Source of the DNA: an uncultured bacterium
GTDB taxonomy: Bacteria > Hydrothermota > Tepidihabitantia > SM23-42 > CAYGYG01
Assembly: GCA_964354155.1 (NCBI GenBank)
Contig: CAYGYG010000007.1
Coordinates: 49,903-113,902 of the forward strand
Direction of reading: 5' to 3'
Length of the DNA stretch: 64,000 nt
Both the position numbers and the translations under genes were made by a program. The notes beneath the pieces were generated by a model. The model was not told where the DNA came from. It searched no databases and was given only the letters and a program-made list of their open reading frames with translations. Shown piece by piece: positions 16,600-26,139 of the stretch (its first letter is position 1; each line of letters opens with the position of its first letter).

Positions 16600-19500
16600 A
16601 TGACCAGACCCATCGAAGAGCGTCGTCTTATTACGATTCTGTTTGCCGACCTTTCCGGGTTCACCACGCTCTCAAGAGTACTTGATCCGGAGGAGGTCCG
16701 CGAGGTCGTCAATGTCTGTTTTGAGTCGCTGAACGAGGCCGTCATTCAAGAAGGGGGCGTGATCCACAAGTACGAAGGCGATCTGGTGATTGCCCTATTT
16801 GGACTCCCTGCAGTCCATGAAGATGATCCGGAACGGGCGATCCGTGCCGGGCTTCGGATGATGGGGCTTATTCCCAGCATCAACGAGACCATCGGCAAGA
16901 AGCTGAGACGCAAGACGACACTCGGACTCCATGCCGGTATCAACAGCGGCACGGTTTTTGTCGGGGAAGTCGGCTCGTTGGAAAAGAGAGAATATACGAT
17001 AATGGGCGATGCCGTTAACCTGACCTCGCGACTGAAGGACGTGGCTGGTCCGGGCGAACTGATTGTGTCCGAAACGGTGTTCCGGGCATCGCGCTACATG
17101 TTCGACTATGAGCCTCGCCCGCCCGTTACCCTGAAAGGTTTCGCCGAACCGGTGAAGGTATTCAGGCCCACGGGGGTAAAACCGCGGCCTGAGCCCAAGC
17201 GCGGCATCAAGGGACTCCAGTCGCCGTTGGTGGGACGCAAGGCGGAACTGACCGCGGTCCGCGGGGCGATCGACCGGCTCAGCACGGGTATCGGCGGCGC
17301 CGTATTCGTGCTGGGTGACGCCGGTTTGGGTAAGACTCGCCTGCTGAGTGAATTGAAACAGCAGCTTGCCCCAGGCCGAGTCGAATGCCTTGAAGGGAGG
17401 TGTCAATCGTCCAGTGAGAACGTACCCTACCTTGCCATCCTGCAGATTCTCCAGGCGGTCTTTTCGATTGGCGAACACGATTCGCGGGGAGTGGTTAAGG
17501 AGTGCCTGCTGAGCAAGACCCGCGAGTTTTTCCCGGGGGAATGGGAGACGGTCGCGCCCTATCTCGGACACCTGTTTTCTGTCCGTTTTGAGGACGGGCT
17601 GGACGAAAAGATAAGGCACTTGAGTCCCGAGAACCTCCACACTCAGGTGCGGGCCAGCGTGAGGAAGCTGCTCTTTGCTCAGGCCAAGGAACACCCGGTG
17701 ATGCTTGTAATCGAGGACTATCACTGGATCGACCGGGCCTCGCTGGAGCTTGTTGACTTTGTCTTTTCCGCCGAGGAAGGTGCTTTTATGCCGGAGCGGA
17801 CTCCGCTCTTGCTGCTTGCGCTGTCGCGCGTCGAAAAGGAGAAAGCGCCCTACGAACTGAAGGAGGAACTCAAGAAACGGTTGGGAGAACATTGCCTGGA
17901 GATCGTGCTCAAGCCACTGGCCGAGGCGGAAACAAGTGAGTTCATCAGGAATTTGTTGGACGTGTCGGGCATTCCCGAATCCTTGCGCCGCAGAATCATT
18001 GAGCGGGCCGAAGGGAACCCATTCTATATCGAAGAGATCATTCGTTCTTTGATCGATGCCGGAGTGCTTGTCCTGCAAGACGGCGTGTGGAGAGTGCGCC
18101 CAGGTGCCGCGCCCGAGAGCTTGACCGAAATACCCAGCACCGTGCAGGCGGTCATTGCGGCACGGCTCGATAAGCTGGACCCGGAGGTGCGCAGCGTCCT
18201 TCAGGCCGCCTCGGTTATTGGGCGCAGTTTTGGTGCGGCGGTCTTGGAGCGTCTCGGTGGGGAGGATAGCCTGATGCTGAGTGTTCACCTGGCGACACTC
18301 GAGGATTTTGAATACATCGCCGCGACGAGCCAGGGACGCGAGGTCGAGTACGTGTTCCGTCATCCTCTGCTCCATGAAGTTGCCTATAACGGCCTTTTGA
18401 AGCGACGGCGCCGCGAGCTGCACCTCCGGATTGGCGGAATAGTCGAAGGGCTCTATGCTGATCGCCTCGATGAATTTGCCGAGTTTTTGGCGAACCAGTA
18501 CTACCGGAGTGATAATTCGGCCAAGGCCCTGTTCTGGCTGCAGCGGGCCGGGCAGAAGGCACGCGAGCGGTATACGCTGGCCGAAGCAAGTACCTTCTAC
18601 GGCCGGATCACGGAATTGCTTGAAGACAGTGATTTTTCGACCGCGGAACACCGGATGCTGGCCCAGGAAGCCCATGAAGCTTTGGGCGATGCGTACCGAC
18701 TGCGCGGCGATTATGAGCGAGCACTGGAATCGTACCGGCGACTCGAAGCCCTGGCGGTTGACAAGAATGACCCAGTCCTTGCCCACAGCCGCCTGAAACG
18801 GGCAATGATCGACGTTCACCGCGGCAGTCTTGACCAGGCCCTGGCGAACCTGGACCAGGCCGATGCGCTCTTGAGCGGCAGCAGTGAGGAGGTCATGCTT
18901 GAACGGGCCGAAGTCGGCACCCGGCGTGGTCAGGTCATGCGACTGAAGGGGAGGACCGAGGATGCACGGCGTGCGGTGCTGCAGTCGATCGAGGCGGCGG
19001 AAACGGTCGTGGGGCGGAAACCCGGGACCGATGTTGCCCGGCGGGCGAAAAAGATTATTGCCAGCTCCCATCACGATCTCGGGCTGACCTTCGCGGTCCT
19101 GGGCCGGTACGAGGAAGCCGTTGCCCTGTATCGGCAGTGCATTACCGATTTTCAGGAATTGGGTGATAAGTTCGCCGTTGCCAGTGCCATGCACAATCTG
19201 GGCCGGATATATCAGGATCTTGGCGAGAGCCACAAGGCGCTCGACATGTTCGTCAAGAGCCTGGACACGTTTGAGCGGATCGGTTTTGGCCAGGGCGTGG
19301 CTACCGCGCACAACAGCATCGGCTATACCTACCACGAGCTGGGCGACCTCAAGAAGGCGGATGAAATGTACCGGAAGTACTGGGCGATTTCGCAGGAGAT
19401 CGGCTACAAGCGGGGCATTGGCGGTGCCCAGTGTAACCTTGGGGCAATTCACCGGGAGCGCGGCGAGTATGAGCCGGCGCTGGCATATTTCCAGAACTAT

Positions 19501-20049
19501 CTAAGAGGGGCTGAGGAAATGGACGACCGTGGCGAAATCGGTGACGCCCATGCCGCGATCGCGCTGCTCTTCCTCGACCAGGGCAAGAATGAGCAGGGTT
19601 TTGCTCACATCGAGAAGGCGGAAGTCGTCTTCCGTTCGATGAATGAAAAACGGAACCTGCTCGATGTCTTGCGCACCAAAGCCGAACTGCTCATGGGTTC
19701 AGATGCCGGCCGGTCTCTGGCTTGTGCCCATGAGGCGCTGGCGCTCTCCGGGGAGATCGGTTCTGATTTCTGCCTGGGCAATAGCCATTTGACGATGGGC
19801 CGGGTTTCTCTTGCGGTCGGCGATTTGAGCAATGCGGCGAGAAACCTCAAAGTTGCAGTCGATCTGCTGGTCAAGGTCGGACAGAAGAAACCAATGGCCG
19901 ATGCCTACCTTGAATACGCGCGATTCCTCAAGAGCCAGACGGTGCGCAACGGCTTGCCGCGCGAGGAAGCCGAGGTCTATTTCCGCAAGGCACGCCAGCT
20001 CTATGAGGAGATGGGGCTGCCCAACATAGTCGCAAAATGTGTCTGGTAG
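16600..20049 (+). CDS. Class III adenylate/guanylate cyclase fused to a STAND/AAA ATPase and C-terminal TPR repeats
   Basis: A CHD cyclase domain is N-terminal (LFADLSGFT...KYEGDLVIALFG...GINSGTVFVGEVG). A Walker A motif follows (GDAGLGKTRL), and the C-terminal ~450 aa carry multiple TPR-like repeats. Confidence 0.85.
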   Translation: MTRPIEERRLITILFADLSGFTTLSRVLDPEEVREVVNVCFESLNEAVIQEGGVIHKYEGDLVIALFGLPAVHEDDPERAIRAGLRMMGLIPSINETIGKKLRRKTTLGLHAGINSGTVFVGEVGSLEKREYTIMGDAVNLTSRLKDVAGPGELIVSETVFRASRYMFDYEPRPPVTLKGFAEPVKVFRPTGVKPRPEPKRGIKGLQSPLVGRKAELTAVRGAIDRLSTGIGGAVFVLGDAGLGKTRLLSELKQQLAPGRVECLEGRCQSSSENVPYLAILQILQAVFSIGEHDSRGVVKECLLSKTREFFPGEWETVAPYLGHLFSVRFEDGLDEKIRHLSPENLHTQVRASVRKLLFAQAKEHPVMLVIEDYHWIDRASLELVDFVFSAEEGAFMPERTPLLLLALSRVEKEKAPYELKEELKKRLGEHCLEIVLKPLAEAETSEFIRNLLDVSGIPESLRRRIIERAEGNPFYIEEIIRSLIDAGVLVLQDGVWRVRPGAAPESLTEIPSTVQAVIAARLDKLDPEVRSVLQAASVIGRSFGAAVLERLGGEDSLMLSVHLATLEDFEYIAATSQGREVEYVFRHPLLHEVAYNGLLKRRRRELHLRIGGIVEGLYADRLDEFAEFLANQYYRSDNSAKALFWLQRAGQKARERYTLAEASTFYGRITELLEDSDFSTAEHRMLAQEAHEALGDAYRLRGDYERALESYRRLEALAVDKNDPVLAHSRLKRAMIDVHRGSLDQALANLDQADALLSGSSEEVMLERAEVGTRRGQVMRLKGRTEDARRAVLQSIEAAETVVGRKPGTDVARRAKKIIASSHHDLGLTFAVLGRYEEAVALYRQCITDFQELGDKFAVASAMHNLGRIYQDLGESHKALDMFVKSLDTFERIGFGQGVATAHNSIGYTYHELGDLKKADEMYRKYWAISQEIGYKRGIGGAQCNLGAIHRERGEYEPALAYFQNYLRGAEEMDDRGEIGDAHAAIALLFLDQGKNEQGFAHIEKAEVVFRSMNEKRNLLDVLRTKAELLMGSDAGRSLACAHEALALSGEIGSDFCLGNSHLTMGRVSLAVGDLSNAARNLKVAVDLLVKVGQKKPMADAYLEYARFLKSQTVRNGLPREEAEVYFRKARQLYEEMGLPNIVAKCVW

Positions 20050-20262
20050 TGGATGGTGAAACGGTGAAGGTCGGCACGAATGTGTCTCGGAGAGAAAAGC
20101 GACTGGCCGCGGTACGGCTCAGCGCCGTCGTCCGCAGAAAATCCCCATCGCTGACGCCTTGAAAGACGTGCATCGGCTGTTGAGCCCGGCGGGAACGGTT
20201 CACGTCGGTTCCAAATAGTACCGTCCGACCCAAACGGGCGGACCACGCATAACCGGCCTTAG

Positions 20263-21372
20263 CTACTCGAAGAGCTTCAAGTATTCGGCGTAGCCTTCCT
20301 TCACCAGATCCTCCTTAGGGATGAAGCGGAGCGAGGCGGAATTGATGCAGTAGCGCAAACCGGTCGGGGCAGGCCCGTCATCAAAGACATGGCCGAGGTG
20401 GGAATCAGCGTGCTTGCTTCGTACTTCGGTCCGGACCATCCCTTGGTTCGTATCTGGCTTTTCGACGACCACCGCGGCGTCGATAGGCTTGGTGAAGCTG
20501 GGCCAGCCGCATCCGGAGTCGAACTTGTCTTTCGAGCTGAAGAGCGGTTTGCCAGAGACGATATCGACGTAGATCCCGTCGCGCTTGTTGTTCCAGTATT
20601 CGTTGCCGAAAGGTCGTTCGGTTTGGTTTTCCTGGGTTACCGTGTACTGAAGTGGGGTCAGTCGTTTCTTCAACTCCTCGGCCGAGGGTTTGATATGCGG
20701 GTTATTATTCATCGATAACTCCTTTTTTTCTTCACGGCCCCAGGTCTTCTTGATGTAGGCGTCACGGCCCGACAGGAGTCGATAGCTCTTGTAGCGCACC
20801 GGGCACTTCTTGTAGTAGTCCTGATGATATTCCTCGGCGGGGAAAAACTCGGTCAACTTGAGAATCTGGGTCGCGATCTCTTTCTTGAACCGACCGCTCT
20901 CTTCAAGGGACTTCTTCGACGCCTCGGCCAGCCTCTTCTGGTCGTCGCTCGTGTAGAAGATCGCGGTCTGATATTGGCTCCCGCGGTCCGCAAATTGGCC
21001 GCCGGCATCGGTGGGATCGATCTCGTGCCAGAACACATCGAGCAGTCTCTCATAGCTTGTTCGTTTTGGATCGTACGTGATCTGAACCGCTTCAGTGTGG
21101 CCGGTTGTCCCGGAACAGACCTCTTCGTAGGTGGGATTCCTGACCGTACCCCCGGTGTAGCCCGCGGTCACCTCAATAACCCCTTCAATCTTTTCAAAAG
21201 GCGCCTCAAGGCACCAGAAACAGCCGCCGGCAAATACGGCCTTGGCCAGCTTGGCGTCCGGGCCAGTAGCCGCCTTTGCTTTCTTGGACGACGGACTGCT
21301 TTGAGAGAAGCTCAACAGTACCGGCATGAAAACTACAAATAAAGTCAGCGTTTTCATTATTGTGTTCTCCAT
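20263..21372 (-). CDS. msrAB: Bifunctional peptide-methionine sulfoxide reductase MsrA/MsrB with signal peptide
   Basis: It has the MsrA motif GGCFWC and the MsrB motifs CGWPSF and RYCINS. A signal peptide is present at the N-terminus. Confidence 0.9.
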   Translation of the reverse strand: MENTIMKTLTLFVVFMPVLLSFSQSSPSSKKAKAATGPDAKLAKAVFAGGCFWCLEAPFEKIEGVIEVTAGYTGGTVRNPTYEEVCSGTTGHTEAVQITYDPKRTSYERLLDVFWHEIDPTDAGGQFADRGSQYQTAIFYTSDDQKRLAEASKKSLEESGRFKKEIATQILKLTEFFPAEEYHQDYYKKCPVRYKSYRLLSGRDAYIKKTWGREEKKELSMNNNPHIKPSAEELKKRLTPLQYTVTQENQTERPFGNEYWNNKRDGIYVDIVSGKPLFSSKDKFDSGCGWPSFTKPIDAAVVVEKPDTNQGMVRTEVRSKHADSHLGHVFDDGPAPTGLRYCINSASLRFIPKEDLVKEGYAEYLKLFE

Positions 21373-21549
21373 ACGGTTCAGGCTTTAGACAATCCGAGAG
21401 TCGGAACGTTTACTGGTCTTGCCGACGACGCGGCCCGTTTCAGATTCCCGACGCCCGTGAACGAAATGAAACATAACCCGCGCTGTGTCGCCCGGCGACA
21501 ATGCGATTGACTTAAAGCCGGGTCGGCATATACTTGGCCCGGGAAAGAC

Positions 21550-21933
21550 GTGAAGAAATCACGCAATTCGCTCACGCCCTGCGGCCTTGACTGCGCGGCC
21601 TGTTCGATTCATCTGCGGACCGAAGAGGAGCTGGACTACTGGGGTAAGCAGAATGTCGACCCGGATAAGATCCGCTGTGACGGTTGCCGGTCCGACCGCC
21701 GAGGGGCACACTGGTCGCCGGACTGCAAAATCCTGCAGTGCTGCGCATACGACAAGGGCTTGGAGTTCTGCGCGCAGTGCAGTGATTTTCCTTGTACCGC
21801 CTTGCAAGAGTGGGCCGGGGGATACGGCCACCATGCCATGGCGGTTGCCCGGCTCAAACAAATGAAGCAGCAAGGCATCGAGGAGTGGATCCGGTCATAC
21901 TTGGTTCTTGACCCGGGGACTCATGAGCCTTGA
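21550..21933 (+). CDS. Cys-rich DUF3795-family protein
   Basis: It shows multiple CxxC-type clusters (PCGLDCAACS; CDGCRS; CAQCSDFPC). Confidence 0.5.
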   Translation: MKKSRNSLTPCGLDCAACSIHLRTEEELDYWGKQNVDPDKIRCDGCRSDRRGAHWSPDCKILQCCAYDKGLEFCAQCSDFPCTALQEWAGGYGHHAMAVARLKQMKQQGIEEWIRSYLVLDPGTHEP

Positions 21934-22786
21934 CGCGATTGCCGTATTTCTTCTTCTTGCGCAGGGCGGGTTGATTCAGCCCTCGCCCGCCGCAAGGCAC
22001 GACAGCCTGTATGAAAAGCACGTCGCCGGGCTTAAGCAGAAATACGACCTTTCTAAATTCGCCGTTGTCATTGAGAAGCCATTTGTTGTGATCGGCGATG
22101 AGGTCCCGGGCCAGGTCAAACAGCGTGCCGAGAATACCATCCGATGGACGGTTGACCGACTGAAGCAAGATTTCTTTACCGATGACCCGAGCGAGATAAT
22201 CGATATCTGGCTTTTCCGGAATGATCTGAGCTACCAATTCCACGCCAAGAGCTTTTTTGGTGACATCCCTTCAACGCCTTTCGGATACTACTCAAGTGAA
22301 CACAAGGGCCTGATCATGAACATCGCGACCGGCGGGGGCACGCTCGTCCACGAAATCGTCCATCCCTTCATGAGGGCGAATTTCCCCTCTTGTCCCCCGT
22401 GGTTCGACGAGGGACTGGCTTCGCTCTACGAGGCTTGTCAGGAGCGGGACGGCCACATAGTGGGCCTGCCTAACTGGCGCCTGCGAATACTTAAGAAAGC
22501 AATTGGCCTGAAGGCAGTGCCGTCGTTTTACCGGCTCACCTCGCTTGATGCCGATGAGTTTTACGGGGAAAACCAGGGCGTTTACTACAGCCAGGCCCGG
22601 TACCTCTGCTACTACCTGCAGGAGAAAGGGCTCCTGGTTCGATACTATCACGAGTTTCGGGATAATCGAGAGCGCGACCCAACTGGTTACAAGACGCTGG
22701 TCCGGATTCTGGGACAGAAAGATATGAAGGTCTTCAAGAAGAAGTGGGAGAAATTCACCCTCTCGATTGACTTTCCAGAAGAGTAA
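21923..22786 (+). CDS. Secreted HExxH zinc metallopeptidase-like protein (gluzincin-like, DUF1570-like)
   Basis: It has a signal peptide. The HEIVH motif is followed 18 aa later by the glutamate-containing WFDEGLASLYE. Confidence 0.45.
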   Translation: MSLDAIAVFLLLAQGGLIQPSPAARHDSLYEKHVAGLKQKYDLSKFAVVIEKPFVVIGDEVPGQVKQRAENTIRWTVDRLKQDFFTDDPSEIIDIWLFRNDLSYQFHAKSFFGDIPSTPFGYYSSEHKGLIMNIATGGGTLVHEIVHPFMRANFPSCPPWFDEGLASLYEACQERDGHIVGLPNWRLRILKKAIGLKAVPSFYRLTSLDADEFYGENQGVYYSQARYLCYYLQEKGLLVRYYHEFRDNRERDPTGYKTLVRILGQKDMKVFKKKWEKFTLSIDFPEE

Positions 22787-22816
22787 GGAGGATTCCATCT
22801 ATCAAGGAGGTTCTTT

Positions 22817-23275
22817 ATGCTGAAAGAGTTTCGCGAGTTCGCCATGAAGGGCAACGTGGTGGACATGGCGATCGGCATCGTCGTGGGTGCGGCGTTCGGA
22901 ACGATCGTCAACTCGCTCGTCAGCGATGTGATCATGCCGCCGTTCGGTGTGCTCCTGGGGAATGTCGATTTCTCCAGCCTCTTCATTGTCCTCAAGAGCG
23001 GCAAGATCGCCGGACCCTATATCTCTCTGGCTGAGGCCAAGGCCGCCGGCGCGGTGACAATCAACTACGGCGTGCTCATCAATGCCATCATCAGTTTCCT
23101 GATCGTTGCCTTCGCGATGTTTATGGTGGTACGGAGCATGAACCGGCTGCGGAAAAAGCAAGCTCCGCCTGCCGCGGCGCCGACCACCAAGGAATGCCCG
23201 TTTTGCTATACGGCAATTCCGCTCAGGGCGTTGCGCTGTCCGAATTGCACTTCACAACTTGAGGTCGTCAAGTAG
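22817..23275 (+). CDS. mscL: Large-conductance mechanosensitive channel MscL with C-terminal 4-Cys zinc-ribbon extension
   Basis: The MscL core is present ([30 protein letters not shown]; two transmembrane helices). The usual C-terminal helix is replaced by [19 protein letters not shown]. Confidence 0.85.
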   Translation: MLKEFREFAMKGNVVDMAIGIVVGAAFGTIVNSLVSDVIMPPFGVLLGNVDFSSLFIVLKSGKIAGPYISLAEAKAAGAVTINYGVLINAIISFLIVAFAMFMVVRSMNRLRKKQAPPAAAPTTKECPFCYTAIPLRALRCPNCTSQLEVVK

Positions 23276-23426
23276 GGGGCCTTGTCTCGGGCCGATGGGC
23301 TTGGCCGGAGACAACTTGGCGTAATCCATTGATTCATCAGGTTGTCTAAATGGGGTATTGGGAGCGAAGAACACCGACGCTTGGGCCGGTTATCTTCGAA
23401 TGTGAAGGGTTAGGAAGGAGTTAGAG

Positions 23427-23936
23427 ATGGATATCAAGGCGATTCTGGACGGAATGAAGATTGCTCTGCAGACTGAGCTGAATGGCATTCAGTTCTACAA
23501 GACAGCGGCCGAGCATACCGAAGACAAAAAGGGTAAAGAGACTTTCCAACTGCTGGCCGGTGATGAAGCCCGCCATTTCGTAGCGTTGAAAAAGCAGTAC
23601 GATGCTTTGGCCAAGTCAGGCAAGTGGGCCGAACCAGTTGAGCTTGGTGATGCCTCAATCCTCAAAGGACCCAGTCCGATCTTCTCAGACGAATTCAAGG
23701 CGGGCATCAAGGACCGGCACTACGAGATGTCCGCACTGAGTATTGGCGCACTGCTGGAAACGAATTCGATTGATTTCTACAGGAAGATGAAGGAGCAGGT
23801 AAGCGACCCGCCGGCGCGTCGGCTTTTTGAAGAACTCCAGAAGTGGGAGGAGAATCACCTGTCGGCAATCGTTGCGCAGCTCAATCTGGTTAAAGAAGAT
23901 TACTGGGCTCAGGCTAATTTTGTACCGCTGTTCTAA
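23427..23936 (+). CDS. Ferritin-like/rubrerythrin-family diiron protein
   Basis: It has paired E...ExxH helices (ELNGIQFY...GDEARHF; LLETNSIDFY...WEENHL). Confidence 0.6.
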   Translation: MDIKAILDGMKIALQTELNGIQFYKTAAEHTEDKKGKETFQLLAGDEARHFVALKKQYDALAKSGKWAEPVELGDASILKGPSPIFSDEFKAGIKDRHYEMSALSIGALLETNSIDFYRKMKEQVSDPPARRLFEELQKWEENHLSAIVAQLNLVKEDYWAQANFVPLF

Positions 23937-23954
23937 CTAAGAAAGGAGACGCAA

Positions 23955-24122
23955 ATGACCAAGAAGAAGACGGTGAATAGGACCAAGAGCAAGAAAGGCG
24001 CCAAGTTTGTATGCACCGATTGCGGACTGGTGGTAACCGTGGACCGTGATTGTGGCTGCCTGGATATGCATGAGCTGACCTGCTGTGGCCGGCCCATGAA
24101 GCTGAAAAGGACAAGAAAGTAG
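23955..24122 (+). CDS. Small desulforedoxin/rubredoxin-like Cys-rich protein (55 aa), putative
   Basis: An AAGGAG ribosome-binding site lies 7 nt upstream. The motifs FVCTDCG and LTCCGRPMKL resemble the desulforedoxin domain of the downstream dfx gene (VYKCEICG...[10 protein letters not shown]). Confidence 0.4.
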   Translation: MTKKKTVNRTKSKKGAKFVCTDCGLVVTVDRDCGCLDMHELTCCGRPMKLKRTRK

Positions 24123-24177
24123 CGCCGGGGCTTGTCCCCGGCCAGGGTTGTGGTTGGGGATGAACCCCAACGCTACA
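24119..24177. repeat. REP-like intergenic palindromic element, copy 2 (GTAGCG[CCGGGGCTTGTCCCCGG]...[GTTGGGGATGAACCCCAAC]GCTACA)
   Basis: It has the same two hairpin modules and GTAGCG/CGCTAC arms as the element at 10234-10302. It overlaps the TAG stop codon of the small Cys-rich gene. Confidence 0.6.
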
Positions 24178-24244
24178 TTTTGTTTAAAAGGTACATTTTT
24201 CTGGATCACCTGTAAGCAGAGTAGCACAAAGTGGAAGGAGTGTT

Positions 24245-24619
24245 ATGACTAAGAAACTGCAAGTCTATAAATGTGAAATATGTGGTAACATCGTTGAGGT
24301 CCTGCATGAGGCCGACGGTGAGTTGGTGTGCTGCGGCCAGCCGATGAAGCTGATGGTTGAGAACACAGTTGATGCCTCAAGAGAGAAGCATGTACCGATG
24401 ATCGAAAAGCAGACCGGCGGCATCATGGTGAAGATCGGCAGTGTGCCCCATCCGATGGAGGACAAACACCACATCGAATGGATCGAGTTGATTGCCGACG
24501 GCCGGATCTGCCGCCATTTCCTGAAGCCCGGTGAAAAACCCGAGGCTTTCTTCAAGATCGACGGAGGAGTACTAACCGCACGGGAATACTGTAACCTGCA
24601 CGGCCTCTGGAAGAGTTAG
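24245..24619 (+). CDS. dfx: Desulfoferrodoxin (2Fe superoxide reductase)
   Basis: An N-terminal desulforedoxin domain (CxxC...CC) is followed by a C-terminal SOR domain with a conserved His/Cys pattern (HVPMI...[14 protein letters not shown]...C..H). Confidence 0.85.
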   Translation: MTKKLQVYKCEICGNIVEVLHEADGELVCCGQPMKLMVENTVDASREKHVPMIEKQTGGIMVKIGSVPHPMEDKHHIEWIELIADGRICRHFLKPGEKPEAFFKIDGGVLTAREYCNLHGLWKS

Positions 24620-24707
24620 CGCTCGGCGGGTATCAAACGACCAGCCGGCGGTCCCTTTTTTGAAGGGACGGTCTTGAGAGATCGATCACTGAAAAAAGGA
24701 GCGATTA

Positions 24708-25649
24708 ATGATTAAACCAATAGCCATTGGCCGCCGAGTGCCGTTTTTCGTGCTTAAAGACCAGAATGGTAGCGACGTGCGGATGAGCAAGCTGGCGGGC
24801 AAGCGTGTTTTGCTGTCGTTTCACCCGCTGGCATGGACGAAAATATGCTCTCGACAAATGAAGTCGCTGGAAAAGAATCAGTCCGTATTCGACAAGCTGA
24901 GGACGCTTGCATTGGGCCTGAGTGTCGATACGATACCATCCAAATTCGCATGGGCTAGGTCGCTGTCGATCAAGAAGACGCAGTTGCTGTCGGACTTCTG
25001 GCCCCATGGGCAGGTGGCCAAGAGACTCGGCCTATTCCGCGCCAAGCAGGGATTCTCGGAGCGAGCCAACGTTGTCATCGACGAAAAGGGAAAGGTAGTA
25101 TTTGTAAAAGTCTACCCGATCAAGGAACTTCCTGATATCAAGGAGATAATCAGTTTTCTCAAGGGTGCTGGCACGGTCAAGGGTGATTTGGACAAGCTTC
25201 TGGTCGCGGCCATGGAGAGCGAGGTGATGGCTCAGAAATTTTATACGAAGGCGGCGGCCCGCGCGGCAAGCGATACCGGAAAGGAATTCTTCAACGAATT
25301 GGCTGCATTCGAACACTTCCATTATGAAAATGTGAAGAAAATAATCGAATCTCGGAACAAAAACCGGACGTTAAGGCTGACTGGTCCGAAGCCAAGATTG
25401 AGGGAGGTTACGTCGGAAGTGAAGGGCGAGTTTGAGCCTAATAAGGATGAAATCATTAATGTGTTGGGTCTGGCAATCAGAGCGGAGAAGGAAGCGCAGG
25501 AAAGGTACAAGAGAATAGCGCGGATGATGGAAGACGATGAAGGCAGGGAAATATTCAGCGGTCTGGCCCACGATGAATTCCGCCACCAGCGCTTGCTTGA
25601 AGACCAGCTCTACCAGATATCCAACCGGGGAACGATAATCTGGGAATAA
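24708..25649 (+). CDS. Peroxiredoxin (AhpC/TSA, Bcp-like) fused to a C-terminal ferritin-like/rubrerythrin diiron domain
   Basis: The N-terminal part has 'FHPLAWTKICSRQ' (peroxidatic T-x-x-C). The C-terminal part has two E...E/HxxH helices (ESEVMAQKFY...FEHFHYENV; AEKEAQERY...AHDEFRHQ). Confidence 0.7.
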   Translation: MIKPIAIGRRVPFFVLKDQNGSDVRMSKLAGKRVLLSFHPLAWTKICSRQMKSLEKNQSVFDKLRTLALGLSVDTIPSKFAWARSLSIKKTQLLSDFWPHGQVAKRLGLFRAKQGFSERANVVIDEKGKVVFVKVYPIKELPDIKEIISFLKGAGTVKGDLDKLLVAAMESEVMAQKFYTKAAARAASDTGKEFFNELAAFEHFHYENVKKIIESRNKNRTLRLTGPKPRLREVTSEVKGEFEPNKDEIINVLGLAIRAEKEAQERYKRIARMMEDDEGREIFSGLAHDEFRHQRLLEDQLYQISNRGTIIWE

Positions 25650-25719
25650 CCGCAAGGACCGTCGAGTCACCCGGTGCGGTTGATCCGGTCCTGGTTAGAC
25701 TCAAGACAAGGAGGCTTTT

Positions 25720-26067
25720 ATGTTGATGCGATTGGCGATGCTGTGCTCAGTTCTGGCAGGCGTGACCTCGGCCCACCCACCTTCCGGTATTGATCTTAAG
25801 TTCGATGTCGGGTCGAGCTTGCTCAGCGTGCGGATTGAGCATCAAGTAAAGGACATGACCACACACTTTGTTGGCAAGGCCGTGGTGATGCTGAACGGGG
25901 AGGAGATCATCACGCAGAAAATGTCCCGGCAAATGAATAATGTCGAGCAAGGCTTGATCTACAAGATCATCGACGCTAAGCCGGGTGATGAAATAGCGGT
26001 GAGCGCAACCTGCAGTATCTCGGGCAAGAAGAAGGCCTCGATCAAGGTGGCGGGGAGTAGGGAGTAA
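25720..26067 (+). CDS. Secreted hypothetical protein
   Basis: It has a signal peptide and a ribosome-binding site. No motif was recognised. Confidence 0.35.
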   Translation: MLMRLAMLCSVLAGVTSAHPPSGIDLKFDVGSSLLSVRIEHQVKDMTTHFVGKAVVMLNGEEIITQKMSRQMNNVEQGLIYKIIDAKPGDEIAVSATCSISGKKKASIKVAGSRE

Positions 26068-26139
26068 CCGGACTTCCCTACCACCCGGTACGCCAGGCGG
26101 AGAAATTCACGGTCGGCTTGAAGTAAGCGCCGGGTATCC

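Noticed and set aside
16795-19452. An 885-aa ORF lies on the minus strand inside the adenylate-cyclase/STAND/TPR gene. Similar long antisense ORFs occur at 1931-2770, 33090-33922 and 55665-56501.
   Set aside because: These have the typical GC-rich antisense open frames of high-GC DNA, with low-complexity Arg/Pro/Gly-rich translations. The sense-strand genes carry clear conserved domains.
15403-20049. The URO-D methyltransferase (ending at the TGA at 16498) and the adenylate-cyclase gene (ATG at 16600) are in the same frame. This could be mistaken for another TGA read-through.
   Set aside because: A second in-frame TGA lies at 16558-16560. A complete promoter (TTGACT-17-TATACT) occupies the gap. 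The intervening translation has no protein-like character, and the two products are functionally unrelated.
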